Under the pieces are notes generated by a model. It did not search any database, was not told the DNA's origin, and saw only the letters and a list, made by a program, of their open reading frames with translations. The translations under genes and the position numbers were made by a program. From a virus (Duplodnaviria; Caudoviricetes), in IMG/VR virus record IMGVR_UViG_3300025402_000010, positions 1 through 59,416 of that record: DNA of 59,416 nucleotides. One strand, written 5' to 3'. This document shows positions 38,298-46,960 of this stretch, one piece after another. How positions within the stretch are numbered: the first letter of the stretch is position 1; every line of letters begins with the position of its first letter.

Positions 38298-38735
38298 GTG
38301 GACATAGTAACACCAAGCAGTGCCCCCGACTCGTTCGGGTTCATACCAATAGATGCTGAGACCAGCACTGATAACGAGTACCAAAATTGGGTTAAATGCT
38401 TGTGCAAATGTGGCAACTGGTTTGAGCTGGACTTTGGTGACGAGACTACGGATTTGATTGTTCACCGCGAACGCCCAGGTAATGAAGCAGTTATCAGTAT
38501 TGTTCTTTCCAAGCCTGAGCTTGAGAAGTTGCTCGAGCTTGTGCAGAAAGCATTGGCTGGGCAACCAGAGGCTACAAAAGAACCAGACGAGAAAGAACCA
38601 TTTCATCCATATCCTGATGCTGTAGAAAAACATTACTGCAGTTATTGTGACTGTGAGTACTACAAGCTTGAGGATGGTACGATAACGCCTTGTTGTTGCA
38701 CTGATGATGAAACAATTGAACAGGAGGAATGTTGA
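38298..38735 (+). CDS. Hypothetical Cys-containing protein
   Basis: GGAG RBS, GTG start, AAGTA hairpin upstream. Confidence 0.65.
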   Translation: MDIVTPSSAPDSFGFIPIDAETSTDNEYQNWVKCLCKCGNWFELDFGDETTDLIVHRERPGNEAVISIVLSKPELEKLLELVQKALAGQPEATKEPDEKEPFHPYPDAVEKHYCSYCDCEYYKLEDGTITPCCCTDDETIEQEEC

Positions 38736-39013
38736 TGAGCAGAACACACATCAAACCAAAGTCCAAACTGTGGTGGAAAAAGGTTGCTGCTGCTTGGGAA
38801 GAGCAAGAGCGCCCGGATGCACCACACGCTGGTACTGCGTGGCCTAAGCAGATAGAGAAGCGGCACAGGAAGCGCACTCTACGAGCAGACAAGAAGGGTA
38901 ATCCCTTTCGTATCTGGTGGTCTGATGACCCACCCCAGAAGCCAGTGGCTCACAAATGGGAGCGTCGAGTACGTAAGCAACAGGTGCTACGTGAACAACT
39001 AGAGGAGGAATAA
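38735..39013 (+). CDS. Basic hypothetical protein
   Basis: TGATG-coupled; Arg/Lys/Trp-rich. Confidence 0.6.
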   Translation: MSRTHIKPKSKLWWKKVAAAWEEQERPDAPHAGTAWPKQIEKRHRKRTLRADKKGNPFRIWWSDDPPQKPVAHKWERRVRKQQVLREQLEEE

Positions 39014-39222
39014 TGTTCATTGTTACTGAATACAACTACGATGAAAACATCGTGGGTGCGTATCATACTCTTGATGATGCTAAGGATATTATCCAAAGCA
39101 ACTTGCCAAGTTTAACTTGGGAATGGTTGGTTGACCCTATCAAACCAAAGAGGACATACGCATTGACTAACAAAGTCATACTCTTTGTTATCGATGAAGA
39201 AAACAGCTGGCCTGTTGATTGA
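39013..39222 (+). CDS. Small hypothetical protein
   Basis: GAGGAGG RBS; IVGAYHTLDDA motif, similar to 53961-54155. Confidence 0.6.
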   Translation: MFIVTEYNYDENIVGAYHTLDDAKDIIQSNLPSLTWEWLVDPIKPKRTYALTNKVILFVIDEENSWPVD

Positions 39223-39285
39223 TCTGATGTTCGCAGTACCAATTACCCAAGTAGGGTAGCAACAAATAAACACAAGGAGATTCTT

Positions 39286-39615
39286 GTGGAAGTAACAACA
39301 ACAAACAATGCCACCGGCTGGTTCGGTGGTTTGCCAGTAGGTAAGTGCACCCGCTGCCAGCAGGATATCAAGATGTACAGCGAGAATCAACCAAGGGACG
39401 GTATGCACTTGCGCTTGTTTGATGGCTACGGCATGTTCACTGACAGTTGGGAAAAACCGCTCGAGGACATCATCCTTTGCCACAATTGTGTTCTGTGGTT
39501 CTTGGAAGGTTTCCCAGAAGAATACAAGCAACAGTTCATAGGCGGTCACGGTCCTGGCGGTGATTGCTCACCTGCTTGCGAGTACGCATTCAATCTAAGA
39601 GAGGATATGCAATGA
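39286..39615 (+). CDS. Zinc-finger hypothetical protein
   Basis: CTRC...GYGMFTD...LCHNC; AAGGAG RBS. Confidence 0.65.
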   Translation: MEVTTTNNATGWFGGLPVGKCTRCQQDIKMYSENQPRDGMHLRLFDGYGMFTDSWEKPLEDIILCHNCVLWFLEGFPEEYKQQFIGGHGPGGDCSPACEYAFNLREDMQ

Positions 39616-39908
39616 AAGTATGGGCAGTAGATACAACGGTTAGTGCTCATGCCCATGAAGAGGGCATGAATATCCTATCCATTAAATGGTTTGGTTTCTT
39701 CAAGGAATTGAAGGATGCCCAAACTTCAGTGGAGCAGTGGTACTCAACCCTTCGGCCAGGCAAAAAAGTCTTGCCCATTGGCAAGGGATGGAGTCTTGAT
39801 GATGATGGCGATTACATTGCCTCGTTCATTGAGTATGACATCATCGACGGTGAGAAGATGAGTCAAGAAGCGCATGTAGTACGCATTTCCAAGCACAAAG
39901 TGCAGTAA
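39612..39908 (+). CDS. Hypothetical protein
   Basis: ATGA-coupled start at 39612. Confidence 0.6.
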   Translation: MKVWAVDTTVSAHAHEEGMNILSIKWFGFFKELKDAQTSVEQWYSTLRPGKKVLPIGKGWSLDDDGDYIASFIEYDIIDGEKMSQEAHVVRISKHKVQ

Positions 39909-39960
39909 CAAAGTAGTACCAGTAGCAAGTAGCTACGCATTTAGTAGAAAGATACACGCC

Positions 39961-40431
39961 ATGAGTGATCTGTTTACAATCAACAACATAAATATGGAAG
40001 AGGGTGAGAACCTGTTTGAGCCTACTTGTTTCAAGTATCGCTTTGACAAGCTCTACCACTTCCACATGGCAGTCGTCGACTGCTGTGACGTATACGCAGC
40101 TGTGCTTATGCAAGCTGCTGAGGCAGGAGGTACATGGGAAATCAAACAGAACATACCAGTGCTGAGGGAAGACATTCCAGCATTGGACTTACGTGCGATC
40201 GATAACCCGCTTGACATTGTGCTGCAATACTTCCAGCGCCTCAAGCGTGACGTGCGTGATGGTCAACTTAACCTTGACATTACGCAATTGATTTCTTGTC
40301 AGGACATACCAGGCAAGATTGCGATGTCATTCAAGCACGTCTTGTTCAATCAAGGACAAGACTTGTTTAACCCACGGCTTCACGGTTGGGGTGACATCAA
40401 AACAATAGAAAGTGAGACATCATGTCACTAA
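39961..40431 (+). CDS. Hypothetical protein
   Basis: 156-aa ORF following an AAGTA hairpin. Confidence 0.6.
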   Translation: MSDLFTINNINMEEGENLFEPTCFKYRFDKLYHFHMAVVDCCDVYAAVLMQAAEAGGTWEIKQNIPVLREDIPALDLRAIDNPLDIVLQYFQRLKRDVRDGQLNLDITQLISCQDIPGKIAMSFKHVLFNQGQDLFNPRLHGWGDIKTIESETSCH

Positions 40432-40700
40432 ACATACAACGACTCATCGATGCAGGGTTTACAGATGAAGACATCCGCGTTGTCTTTACTGCGTTTGAGA
40501 CAACGATGTCTGAAATGAACAAAGCAATTGAAGAGATGAAAGACAATCTTCCGTTCAGCGATGAGATGATAAAGGGAGCTAACAGACGTTCAGAAGAAAT
40601 TATTGAACGCATTAAGTTGTACAAACAACGTTCAACTAATGACATCGATCAACTCTTTGGCATCTGGGCACAGATGGCAATAAACGGTGACGCAGACTAA
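40422..40700 (+). CDS. Hypothetical helical protein
   Basis: Overlapping operon gene. Confidence 0.6.
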   Translation: MSLNIQRLIDAGFTDEDIRVVFTAFETTMSEMNKAIEEMKDNLPFSDEMIKGANRRSEEIIERIKLYKQRSTNDIDQLFGIWAQMAINGDAD

Positions 40701-40791
40701 CAGTTCTCAAGGCCTCACCACTCAACAGTGAGTGGTGGGGTCGAGACCGTAGCTAAGTAAGCTACAAATTACCAAGTAACAAGGAGTTACA

Positions 40792-41094
40792 ATGGCTATT
40801 TCAATGAAGCAAGCAGCACCAGCACCAGCTGCGCAGGGTTCAACCATAAGTAAGTTGTTCCAGGAACGTCGTCTGACGCTCATGGAAAACCCTGGTGTGT
40901 GGTACGAATACAGCAACAATCTGCGAGCTAACACCATGGGAAGCGTTCTTTCCAGCCTTTGTGGTGTCAAGCTCCCTGCTTTAAAGGGAATTGATCGTAA
41001 GCTGTTGCCCTACCAGGTGGCATCACGACGTATGGAAGACGGGACCTATTCGGTCTTTGCTCGTTACGTGGGTGAACAACAAGAGTGGGTATAG
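40792..41094 (+). CDS. Putative small DNA-binding protein
   Basis: LMENPGVW...VASR...VFARYVG pattern common in actinophage early proteins; AAGGAG RBS. Confidence 0.55.
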   Translation: MAISMKQAAPAPAAQGSTISKLFQERRLTLMENPGVWYEYSNNLRANTMGSVLSSLCGVKLPALKGIDRKLLPYQVASRRMEDGTYSVFARYVGEQQEWV

Positions 41095-41188
41095 CCCCGC
41101 TACTGTGTGTGGAACCTAACTCCACACATATCACGCACGTAATGTAAACTGGCTTGGTGGGAGCCAGCACAGAATCCCACCATCTAAC

Positions 41189-41758
41189 ATGAAAGGTACA
41201 AGGTACATGCGTAAACTGACAAGTTTGCTGTTGCTGAGTGCTTTTATTGTTGTCGGTGTTGATGTTAATAGCATTGGCGATAAGGGGCATGCTCCAAACG
41301 CCAGTGTCTATGTGACACCAAGGTTACCTGCTCCCGCATTTCAGGTGCAGGATGTCACGATGGCTAATATTCAAGCATACGTGATGAGCCAACCACGTGT
41401 GGTTGTTGAACCTACGCAACGATGGAACACTAAGCGCAGTGACCCAACAGCAACATGGCCTGATGCTACTGACCCAACGCGGCGATTGCCGATGGCAGTG
41501 CAAGTTAAGTTTGCTTGCATTCGTTATCACGAGAGCCGCAACCATCTACATTCTGTTGAGATACACAGTGGTGCTGGTGGTTGGTATCAGTTCATCCCAT
41601 ACATTTGGGATTATGCAAGGGCGAACATACCTGGTTTACCAGCGTTAGCTTCACAAGCTACCGGTGATGAACAATCTAAGGTAGCAATGTGGTATTACAA
41701 ACGTAACAACGGATTCACTCCCGAGTGGAGTGCAGACGCAGGCGTTTGCAACCTGTAA
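41189..41758 (+). CDS. Secreted/anchored lysozyme-like transglycosylase (Rpf-like)
   Basis: Signal/TM segment (LLLLSAFIVVGV); C-terminal CIRYHES...GAGGWYQF...W...ASQATGDEQ...W...C; start may be the MRKL ATG. Confidence 0.75.
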   Translation: MKGTRYMRKLTSLLLLSAFIVVGVDVNSIGDKGHAPNASVYVTPRLPAPAFQVQDVTMANIQAYVMSQPRVVVEPTQRWNTKRSDPTATWPDATDPTRRLPMAVQVKFACIRYHESRNHLHSVEIHSGAGGWYQFIPYIWDYARANIPGLPALASQATGDEQSKVAMWYYKRNNGFTPEWSADAGVCNL

Positions 41759-41815
41759 GTTATACAGGCGGTATGGGCTCCACCGTGACGGGCCTACTCA
41801 CCCAAGGAGGGCATT

Positions 41816-42127
41816 GTGATTGAATCAATTGACAATTTATCAATGAGCAAAGAACTTATTGAACGTTGGCAACACGTTGAACAAGCACTTACTGAGTGTT
41901 TGGAGCTAGCATTAAAAGAATCAAATGGTCAAGAAGATGTATGGATTCCTGATTGGGCTGTGCCTCTTTTTGAAAGAATGCAGGAAAACACTGATGAAAA
42001 CACTGATGACAATCAGGATGCACGTATCCAAGCTGCGTTGAAAGATTATCAGGAGAATCCTGAAGAGTACACATACGCTGACCTTGAAGCTATCTTTGAG
42101 GACCGTGACCCAGTGGAGTTTCTTTAA
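41816..42127 (+). CDS. Acidic hypothetical protein
   Basis: AAGGAGG RBS; C-terminal DRDPVEFL. Confidence 0.65.
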   Translation: MIESIDNLSMSKELIERWQHVEQALTECLELALKESNGQEDVWIPDWAVPLFERMQENTDENTDDNQDARIQAALKDYQENPEEYTYADLEAIFEDRDPVEFL

Positions 42128-42128
42128 C

Positions 42129-42386
42129 ATGAGTATTACAAACACAATCTCAGGAAATTACTTGGACTTTGAATCCAAGTGCCAATGCGGCGACGAACGA
42201 TGCCACAGTTTGTGGGTTGGCAATGGCACACCACAATTGGATGGCAGTCTTGAGTTTGTTTCAATTGCACCGAATAAAGAAAATGGTGAAGGCGTAATGC
42301 TTCACTTTTCTCAGGTTCTTGAACTGTACAAGAAACTAGATCAGTTTGTTGCATCAGTTAAGTACCACGGTACAGAAAACAGGTAG
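42129..42386 (+). CDS. Hypothetical protein
   Basis: ATG 42129 directly after the preceding stop; CQCG...CH. Confidence 0.55.
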   Translation: MSITNTISGNYLDFESKCQCGDERCHSLWVGNGTPQLDGSLEFVSIAPNKENGEGVMLHFSQVLELYKKLDQFVASVKYHGTENR

Positions 42387-42529
42387 CAACAAGCAGGGCC
42401 GGGTGTTGTACTGCCCGGCTACTGCGATGTATACACGAGCAATCATGGCTGTTCGTGTATACATCGGAGTAGTCATAAACCCTGCTACTCTGTATCAAAT
42501 TAGTAAGGGCAAACATCAAGGAGAAATCC

Positions 42530-42976
42530 ATGAGCGTTAACAACATGAGTCAGATTATTAAGAACGTGCTGGAAGTTACAGACACGGTTCTTGAACGTCC
42601 TGCTACTCGCAACGAAGTAATCAAGGTGCTCGAGCTCATCGAATCATTTAAGATGGGCAAGACAATTGACAACGCACTTCCAATGCCAACACCACAGCCA
42701 GTGGATGTTGTCAAGGTTGAACGCAAGAAGCCAATGCGTCCAGCAACCAGCATTCGTTGGAAGCAGCACAAGGAATGGCTTGACGCTATTCTTGACGGTC
42801 AGCCGCACATCATTCCGTATTCCAACCTTGAATTGGTGATCCCATTCAAGAAGTTTGGTAACGACAACATGCGCACTCGACTGTACCGTGAGGCTGTCAA
42901 GCGTGGTTACAAGACAGCGACTATCTCATTCGACAACAAGTCGAAGTCGTTGTTTGTGCAGGCTGTAGCCAAGTAA
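42530..42976 (+). CDS. Hypothetical (possibly DNA-binding) protein
   Basis: AAGGAG RBS; basic C-terminal domain. Confidence 0.65.
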   Translation: MSVNNMSQIIKNVLEVTDTVLERPATRNEVIKVLELIESFKMGKTIDNALPMPTPQPVDVVKVERKKPMRPATSIRWKQHKEWLDAILDGQPHIIPYSNLELVIPFKKFGNDNMRTRLYREAVKRGYKTATISFDNKSKSLFVQAVAK

Positions 42977-42982
42977 CAGGTC

Positions 42983-43053
42983 ACTGCAGTAGCTCAATGG
43001 TAGAGCAACCTGGTTAACCAGGTAGGTTGTGGGTTCGATTCCCACCTGCAGTA
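42983..43053 (+). ncRNA. tRNA-like RNA with non-canonical palindromic anticodon arm
   Basis: ACTGCAG/CTGCAGT acceptor, GCTC-AATGGTA-GAGC D arm, GTGGG-TTCGATT-CCCAC T arm; anticodon arm is ACCTGGTTAACCAGGT with no 7-nt loop. Confidence 0.8.
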
Positions 43054-43123
43054 CGGTTCACATACCAACCCAGGTATGTGCCCGGTGTTCCCAAGCACCG
43101 TTAAACACAGGGAGAAACATATT

Positions 43124-43882
43124 ATGACCACTGAATTCATCGAGGGAATCCCGGTTCCCCAGTGCTTCATTGACCTTAACGATGTACTTGCTGCAGGTTG
43201 CAAGCGTGTCATCCTCTACGGTCCCCCCGGCACTGGTAAGACGTATTCAGCTCAGACCCTGCATGTCAATGCAGCTGGGTTCGAGACTCTCCTTTGCTCC
43301 GAGGACATGAGCAATGCTGACATTGTCGGCGCCATGCTTCCTAACGAGCGTGGTGGTTTCTCGTACGTCAAGGGCATCGGTCCAATCACCTGGGATGGTG
43401 ACGGTACTGTTGGTGGTCGTCTCGTTGTTGACGAGATCAACCGTGCCAGCGGTGACGTTGTCACCACGTTGATGAAGTTCCTCGACAGTCCGGAGTCGGC
43501 GGTCTGGAAGAATCCTTACACTGGTGAAGTTCACTTCCCACGTGAGGGCTTCTCTGCCATCATGACCACCAACTTTGAGGATCCCAACGAGATCGAGGGT
43601 CCGCTGCGTGACCGCTTCCCGGTTGCAATCAAGATTGACGCTGCTCACCCAGCTGCGTTGGTCTCTGCATTGCCACCAGAGTTGCGCATGTTGGCTGCGA
43701 CTATCGTTGCTGGTCGTCCCGGTGAGCGTGCTTCGCTACGTGCCTGGAAGGAATTCCAGACGCTGCGCAACAGCCCTCTGTTCACCACTGAGCGTGCTGC
43801 CAAGCTGGTATTCGGTAAGATGGCTGACCCCATCATCGATGCCATCCGCATCGGCACCCTTAACACGGAAGTGTCACTGTAA
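43124..43882 (+). CDS. MoxR/CbbQ-family AAA+ ATPase
   Basis: Walker A GPPGTGKT, Walker B LVVDEINR, sensor MTTN, arginine finger LRDRF; GGGAG RBS before ATG 43124. Confidence 0.88.
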   Translation: MTTEFIEGIPVPQCFIDLNDVLAAGCKRVILYGPPGTGKTYSAQTLHVNAAGFETLLCSEDMSNADIVGAMLPNERGGFSYVKGIGPITWDGDGTVGGRLVVDEINRASGDVVTTLMKFLDSPESAVWKNPYTGEVHFPREGFSAIMTTNFEDPNEIEGPLRDRFPVAIKIDAAHPAALVSALPPELRMLAATIVAGRPGERASLRAWKEFQTLRNSPLFTTERAAKLVFGKMADPIIDAIRIGTLNTEVSL

Positions 43883-45345
43883 TGGTTGACGAGCAGAAGC
43901 CCCTTGTAGGGGCAATCACTGCGTTCCGTGACGACGTAGCTGAGCCGATTGACTGGACTATTCAGCCCACTGTGGGTCAGAATGGTGTCGGTGTCGACTG
44001 GGCTGCAAAGGTACTGGCCGTCCCCCTTCGGGGGGACGACTGGTCCCGTCGTACGCAGCTCCGTGAGCTTATCCGTGCTCGTATATCACCTACGACTGGT
44101 GATGTAGCCAGGGTATTGGCCGATGGTTACAAGAACCAAGGGGTCAACAATGCTCTTCTCAATCTTGCAGAGGAGGCTCGTATCAACGCTGTTACTGAGC
44201 CTTTTGCCAAGATTAAGGGTCTTGAGCTTGACTCTACCGGTGCGGAGAAGAAGTCAGGTATCCGTATGGCAACGTCCGGTAGCCCTAACGACTGGGAAGA
44301 TGCAGTCGACTTCACTGTTCGCAACTACGCCAACAAGTCAGCATTCGACTCGTTTGCTGCTGGCGTACGTTCTGTGAACCCAGAGTGGAGTGACAGGCTA
44401 CGTAGGCTTGCTGGTCGCCTTGATAGTATCTTTGAGGGTACGCCGGATGACATTGGTTCTACCATGCCGTATTACTACAGTAGTGACGTGGTTGGTCCAA
44501 GGGGTTACAACAATACTCTTGTTGCAGCCTCTGAGATTGCCATCTATGCCAATGGCAAGCGCGCTCCTAGTGATGTTAAGCAACAGCGCCAGGATGATGA
44601 CGACAAGGCTCTTGAGGAGTATGGTGAGACGGAGCAGGAAACCAACCGTCTTAATCCTGACCAGACAATGCTCGAGGACGAGTTGCCTAACGACTTTGAG
44701 TTCCCTCACGACGAGAACGGAGATTTTGCGGAGCTTGTCATTGACGACACGCTTCCACTATCTGTCCAAGTCGAGGGGTTCATGAAGCGTAAGCGTAAGC
44801 CTGTTCTTGTCGGTCGTAAGATCGGTAACATTACCAGGTTCTACACTGACCCCGAGCGTCGTATCTTTACCCAGAAGATGCGTGTCAAGGGTGGCATGGT
44901 CATCATCGACATCTCAGGTTCTATGTCTCTGTCGCAGCAGGACATTGAATCAATTGTCGAGGCAGCACCTGCTGCTACCATCCTTGCATACAGTCAGACT
45001 CACTACCTTGACGCTAACGCGTGGCTCCTTGCCAAGCGTGGCTGGCGTGTACGTGAGATTCCATCTATCGGTGGTGCTGGTAACGGTGTTGACGGTCCTG
45101 CTCTGGTATGGGGCATCAAGAATCGTCACCCTAACGAGCCAATCATCTGGGTAACAGATGGTGAAGTCACTGCTGACGGTGGTGGTCAGAACGACCGCAT
45201 CATTATTCAGTGTGCTCAGTTGGTCAAGAAGCACAAGATCATCATGATTCCTTCTGTTGCAGAAGCAGTCAAGATGTTCAAGTCCGGTAAGCTTATCAAC
45301 AAGCCTGCCGGTCCGATTCGCAAAGCGCTTCTTGGTCGTCTGTAG
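43882..45345 (+). CDS. VWA-domain protein (MoxR partner, CobT-like)
   Basis: MIDAS motif IIDISGSMS...GGAGN...WVTDG; TAATG-coupled to the ATPase. Confidence 0.8.
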   Translation: MVDEQKPLVGAITAFRDDVAEPIDWTIQPTVGQNGVGVDWAAKVLAVPLRGDDWSRRTQLRELIRARISPTTGDVARVLADGYKNQGVNNALLNLAEEARINAVTEPFAKIKGLELDSTGAEKKSGIRMATSGSPNDWEDAVDFTVRNYANKSAFDSFAAGVRSVNPEWSDRLRRLAGRLDSIFEGTPDDIGSTMPYYYSSDVVGPRGYNNTLVAASEIAIYANGKRAPSDVKQQRQDDDDKALEEYGETEQETNRLNPDQTMLEDELPNDFEFPHDENGDFAELVIDDTLPLSVQVEGFMKRKRKPVLVGRKIGNITRFYTDPERRIFTQKMRVKGGMVIIDISGSMSLSQQDIESIVEAAPAATILAYSQTHYLDANAWLLAKRGWRVREIPSIGGAGNGVDGPALVWGIKNRHPNEPIIWVTDGEVTADGGGQNDRIIIQCAQLVKKHKIIMIPSVAEAVKMFKSGKLINKPAGPIRKALLGRL

Positions 45346-45461
45346 TACAAAGTCTTTGAGTAACTAGATACTCAAGTCACTGGGTGTAGTCACACACGTA
45401 TGAGGTGTGACTACACCCGGATGCACCAAGTAGGTGCAACATTAAACATTGGGAGATAATC

Positions 45462-45839
45462 ATGGAAGATTTCAACTTCGGTGACCTTACCCTCGACGAA
45501 GCAACAGTTTCACGTGTTGCTCATGCAGAGTTTCTTAACTCTATTAAAGAATGGGGTTCCAAGATGGGCATGGTATTACAGCCCTTCATTGGTGTAGCCA
45601 ACATTCTTATGGAGGATGAGATTCCAGAAGATCAGTTGGACAAAATTTCTGTTGCGTTCCCACTTGGTTTGCGCCTTGCGCTTAACCACATGAACTCTCT
45701 GTATGACATCATGCAGAAGGAAGCAATCAAGGTACTCGGTGCACCTTTTGCTATCCACGGTGAGCACCACCCAGAGTGCGATGGCACCAAGGATGGCTGT
45801 GGTCACCAGGACCACTGGCTAGAGAAGGAAGGAGAGTAG
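45462..45839 (+). CDS. Hypothetical protein
   Basis: GGGAG RBS; His/Cys C-terminus. Confidence 0.65.
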   Translation: MEDFNFGDLTLDEATVSRVAHAEFLNSIKEWGSKMGMVLQPFIGVANILMEDEIPEDQLDKISVAFPLGLRLALNHMNSLYDIMQKEAIKVLGAPFAIHGEHHPECDGTKDGCGHQDHWLEKEGE

Positions 45840-45840
45840 T

Positions 45841-46008
45841 ATGAACGAAGCAGAAGCTTACAAAGAGTTAAGCCTTAATCTACTGTACGTAATTGAGGAG
45901 ATTGTTGACGCGCTCAAACCTATTGGTCTTGACTTGTCTTCATTGCCTCACTACGAAGAGATGATTAACAATGCCCGCGCAGTATTGGGTGATAGCTCTA
46001 ACGACTAA
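45841..46008 (+). CDS. Small hypothetical protein (55 aa)
   Basis: Manual translation MNEAEAYKELSLNLLYVIEEIVDAL...; AAGGAG RBS. Confidence 0.6.
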   Translation: MNEAEAYKELSLNLLYVIEEIVDALKPIGLDLSSLPHYEEMINNARAVLGDSSND

Positions 46009-46700
46009 CTCCACGCGTTTCTCACAAGTGTAGTTAGTAACAACGCGCAGTGTATGGTGATGCCCGTCAATTATCATGTAGATAATAGCACCAGCCTCTT
46101 ACCATTGCATTGCACAACGCAGCATAAGGTATGAAGCTTATGTAGTGGTGGTCCAGTAACACTTAAAACTGGGATGCGCGGTCGTGCTATGGACCCAAAA
46201 AGCATAGCGGTGTCATCCACCCCTTAACGGATGAGCCTATACATTATTCATTTGATGTATAGGCGCTGTCCAATGGTGGCGCTGGACGAAGCACCCACCC
46301 GCTAGCAACGTACTGCTAAACTCAGCACATGGGGGAAGCCGGTGCAGGAAAGTGGTGGATGCCTATTTAAAGAACACACGCAGAGGAGCGACAGAATCCA
46401 TACTTATCGGTTGGAAGGAAGAGTAACCGTTGTGCAAGGGAGCGCGTGTACGGTGAAGACGCTCACACCACCTGGACATGTGGTTAAACTGTCCCTTTTC
46501 TTGTTAGCAATGATGTACCGGCTTATGAGCCCATGAGATCATTATTTAACGGACTCACCATAAGGGGAAGTTTATGGAGGTAACCTGAAGCCTACTGAAT
46601 AGATGGGGTAACCAGCACTCAGTCTGGACTGCTACACCGAGGGCGCGGTGTGTAGGGTATGGGTTCCACCCGAACTTCCAACGGGCCCACACAACCCACT
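46009..46700 (+). ncRNA. Candidate large structured non-coding RNA
   Basis: ~700 nt with no credible ORF; long-range helix 46110-46119/46428-46437, many hairpins and at least three pseudoknots. Confidence 0.6.
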
Positions 46701-46717
46701 AGTAAGAAAGAAGCATC

Positions 46718-46960
46718 ATGCAAATTGAATGTAATCAGCAAGGGCCTAACTTGCAAATCAACATCACGTTTGATGAACCTGAACAGTCACGTATTTTTCA
46801 TGAAAAGTTTAATAAAATGCTTGAAGATTTGGCTAATGAAATGAATGGCATGATGCTGACTGTTGATGGTGACAACCAAGAAATTAATAAAGAAGTAGCC
46901 AAGAAAGCTATGGAAGAAGCAATTAATATGTTTGTACCTAAGGAGAATAATGGTAGATAG
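46718..46960 (+). CDS. Hypothetical protein
   Basis: 80-aa ORF starting the next operon. Confidence 0.6.
   Translation: MQIECNQQGPNLQINITFDEPEQSRIFHEKFNKMLEDLANEMNGMMLTVDGDNQEINKEVAKKAMEEAINMFVPKENNGR

Noticed and set aside
42983-43053. Ochre (TTA) suppressor tRNA implying stop-codon reassignment
   Set aside because: The loop is not a canonical 7-nt anticodon loop, and genes end normally at TAA, TAG and TGA with no fragmentation under code 11.
46009-46700. tmRNA, RNase P RNA or self-splicing intron
   Set aside because: No tRNA-Ala-like ends with T arm and CCA, no RNase P P4 consensus and no group I P7 or group II domain V recognised by eye; the flanking ORFs are not halves of one gene.
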